In this document: in pieces, positions 63,986 through 64,000 of the stretch
Layout of the letters: each line of letters opens with the position of its first letter
Position numbering within the stretch: position 1 is the stretch's first letter
IMG/VR virus record: IMGVR_UViG_3300042852_000025
Span: 8,557-72,556 of that record
Length of the DNA: 64,000 bases
Direction: 5' to 3' (one strand)
Source of the DNA: a virus
Lineage: Duplodnaviria > Caudoviricetes
The notes under the pieces: model-generated
Databases searched by the model: none
The model's input: the letters and a program-made list of their open reading frames with translations, nothing else
What the model was told of the DNA's origin: nothing
Translations under genes and position numbers: made by a program

Positions 63986-64000
63986 GGGGGCGACTCCGGG

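Noticed and set aside
1-64000. tRNA, rRNA, integrase, transposase or par genes
   Set aside because: None recognised in this window; partition functions may lie outside it

Overview
The window is a 64-kb segment of a GC-rich, long-tailed (siphovirus-type) phage-plasmid, very probably from Pseudomonas. Layout: (i) 1-5.4 kb, small regulatory and accessory genes, including two MvaT-like genes, an AmrZ-like gene and a stand-alone WYL-like gene. (ii) 5.4-19.8 kb, a + strand replication/recombination operon: primase-helicase, SNF2 helicase, putative SSB, family-A DNA polymerase, RecD/Dda helicase, resolvase-like nuclease, SbcD/SbcC and a DksA/TraR-like protein. (iii) 19.8-53.6 kb, - strand morphogenesis and lysis genes: terminase, portal, S49 protease, capsid, tail tube, 2203-aa tape measure, tail tip/fibres, holin, GH108 endolysin and an HNH nuclease. 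(iv) A ~1-kb non-coding region with a long structured RNA and a ~110-nt antisense RNA in a ColE1 RNA II/RNA I-like layout, followed by a csrA-led accessory operon with two DNA-binding-domain-only CapW/BrxR homologues. (v) A pPS10-type RepA replicon with a DnaA box and 22-bp iterons. (vi) An array of small diverged paralogous genes. No integrase, tRNA, CRISPR array or reverse transcriptase was seen. Top leads: sensor-less CapW/BrxR mimics as possible super-repressors of host defence operons, MvaT copies lacking the AT-pincer, and the candidate RNA-controlled second origin or leader. All family assignments come from motif recognition by eye and recall, not database searches.
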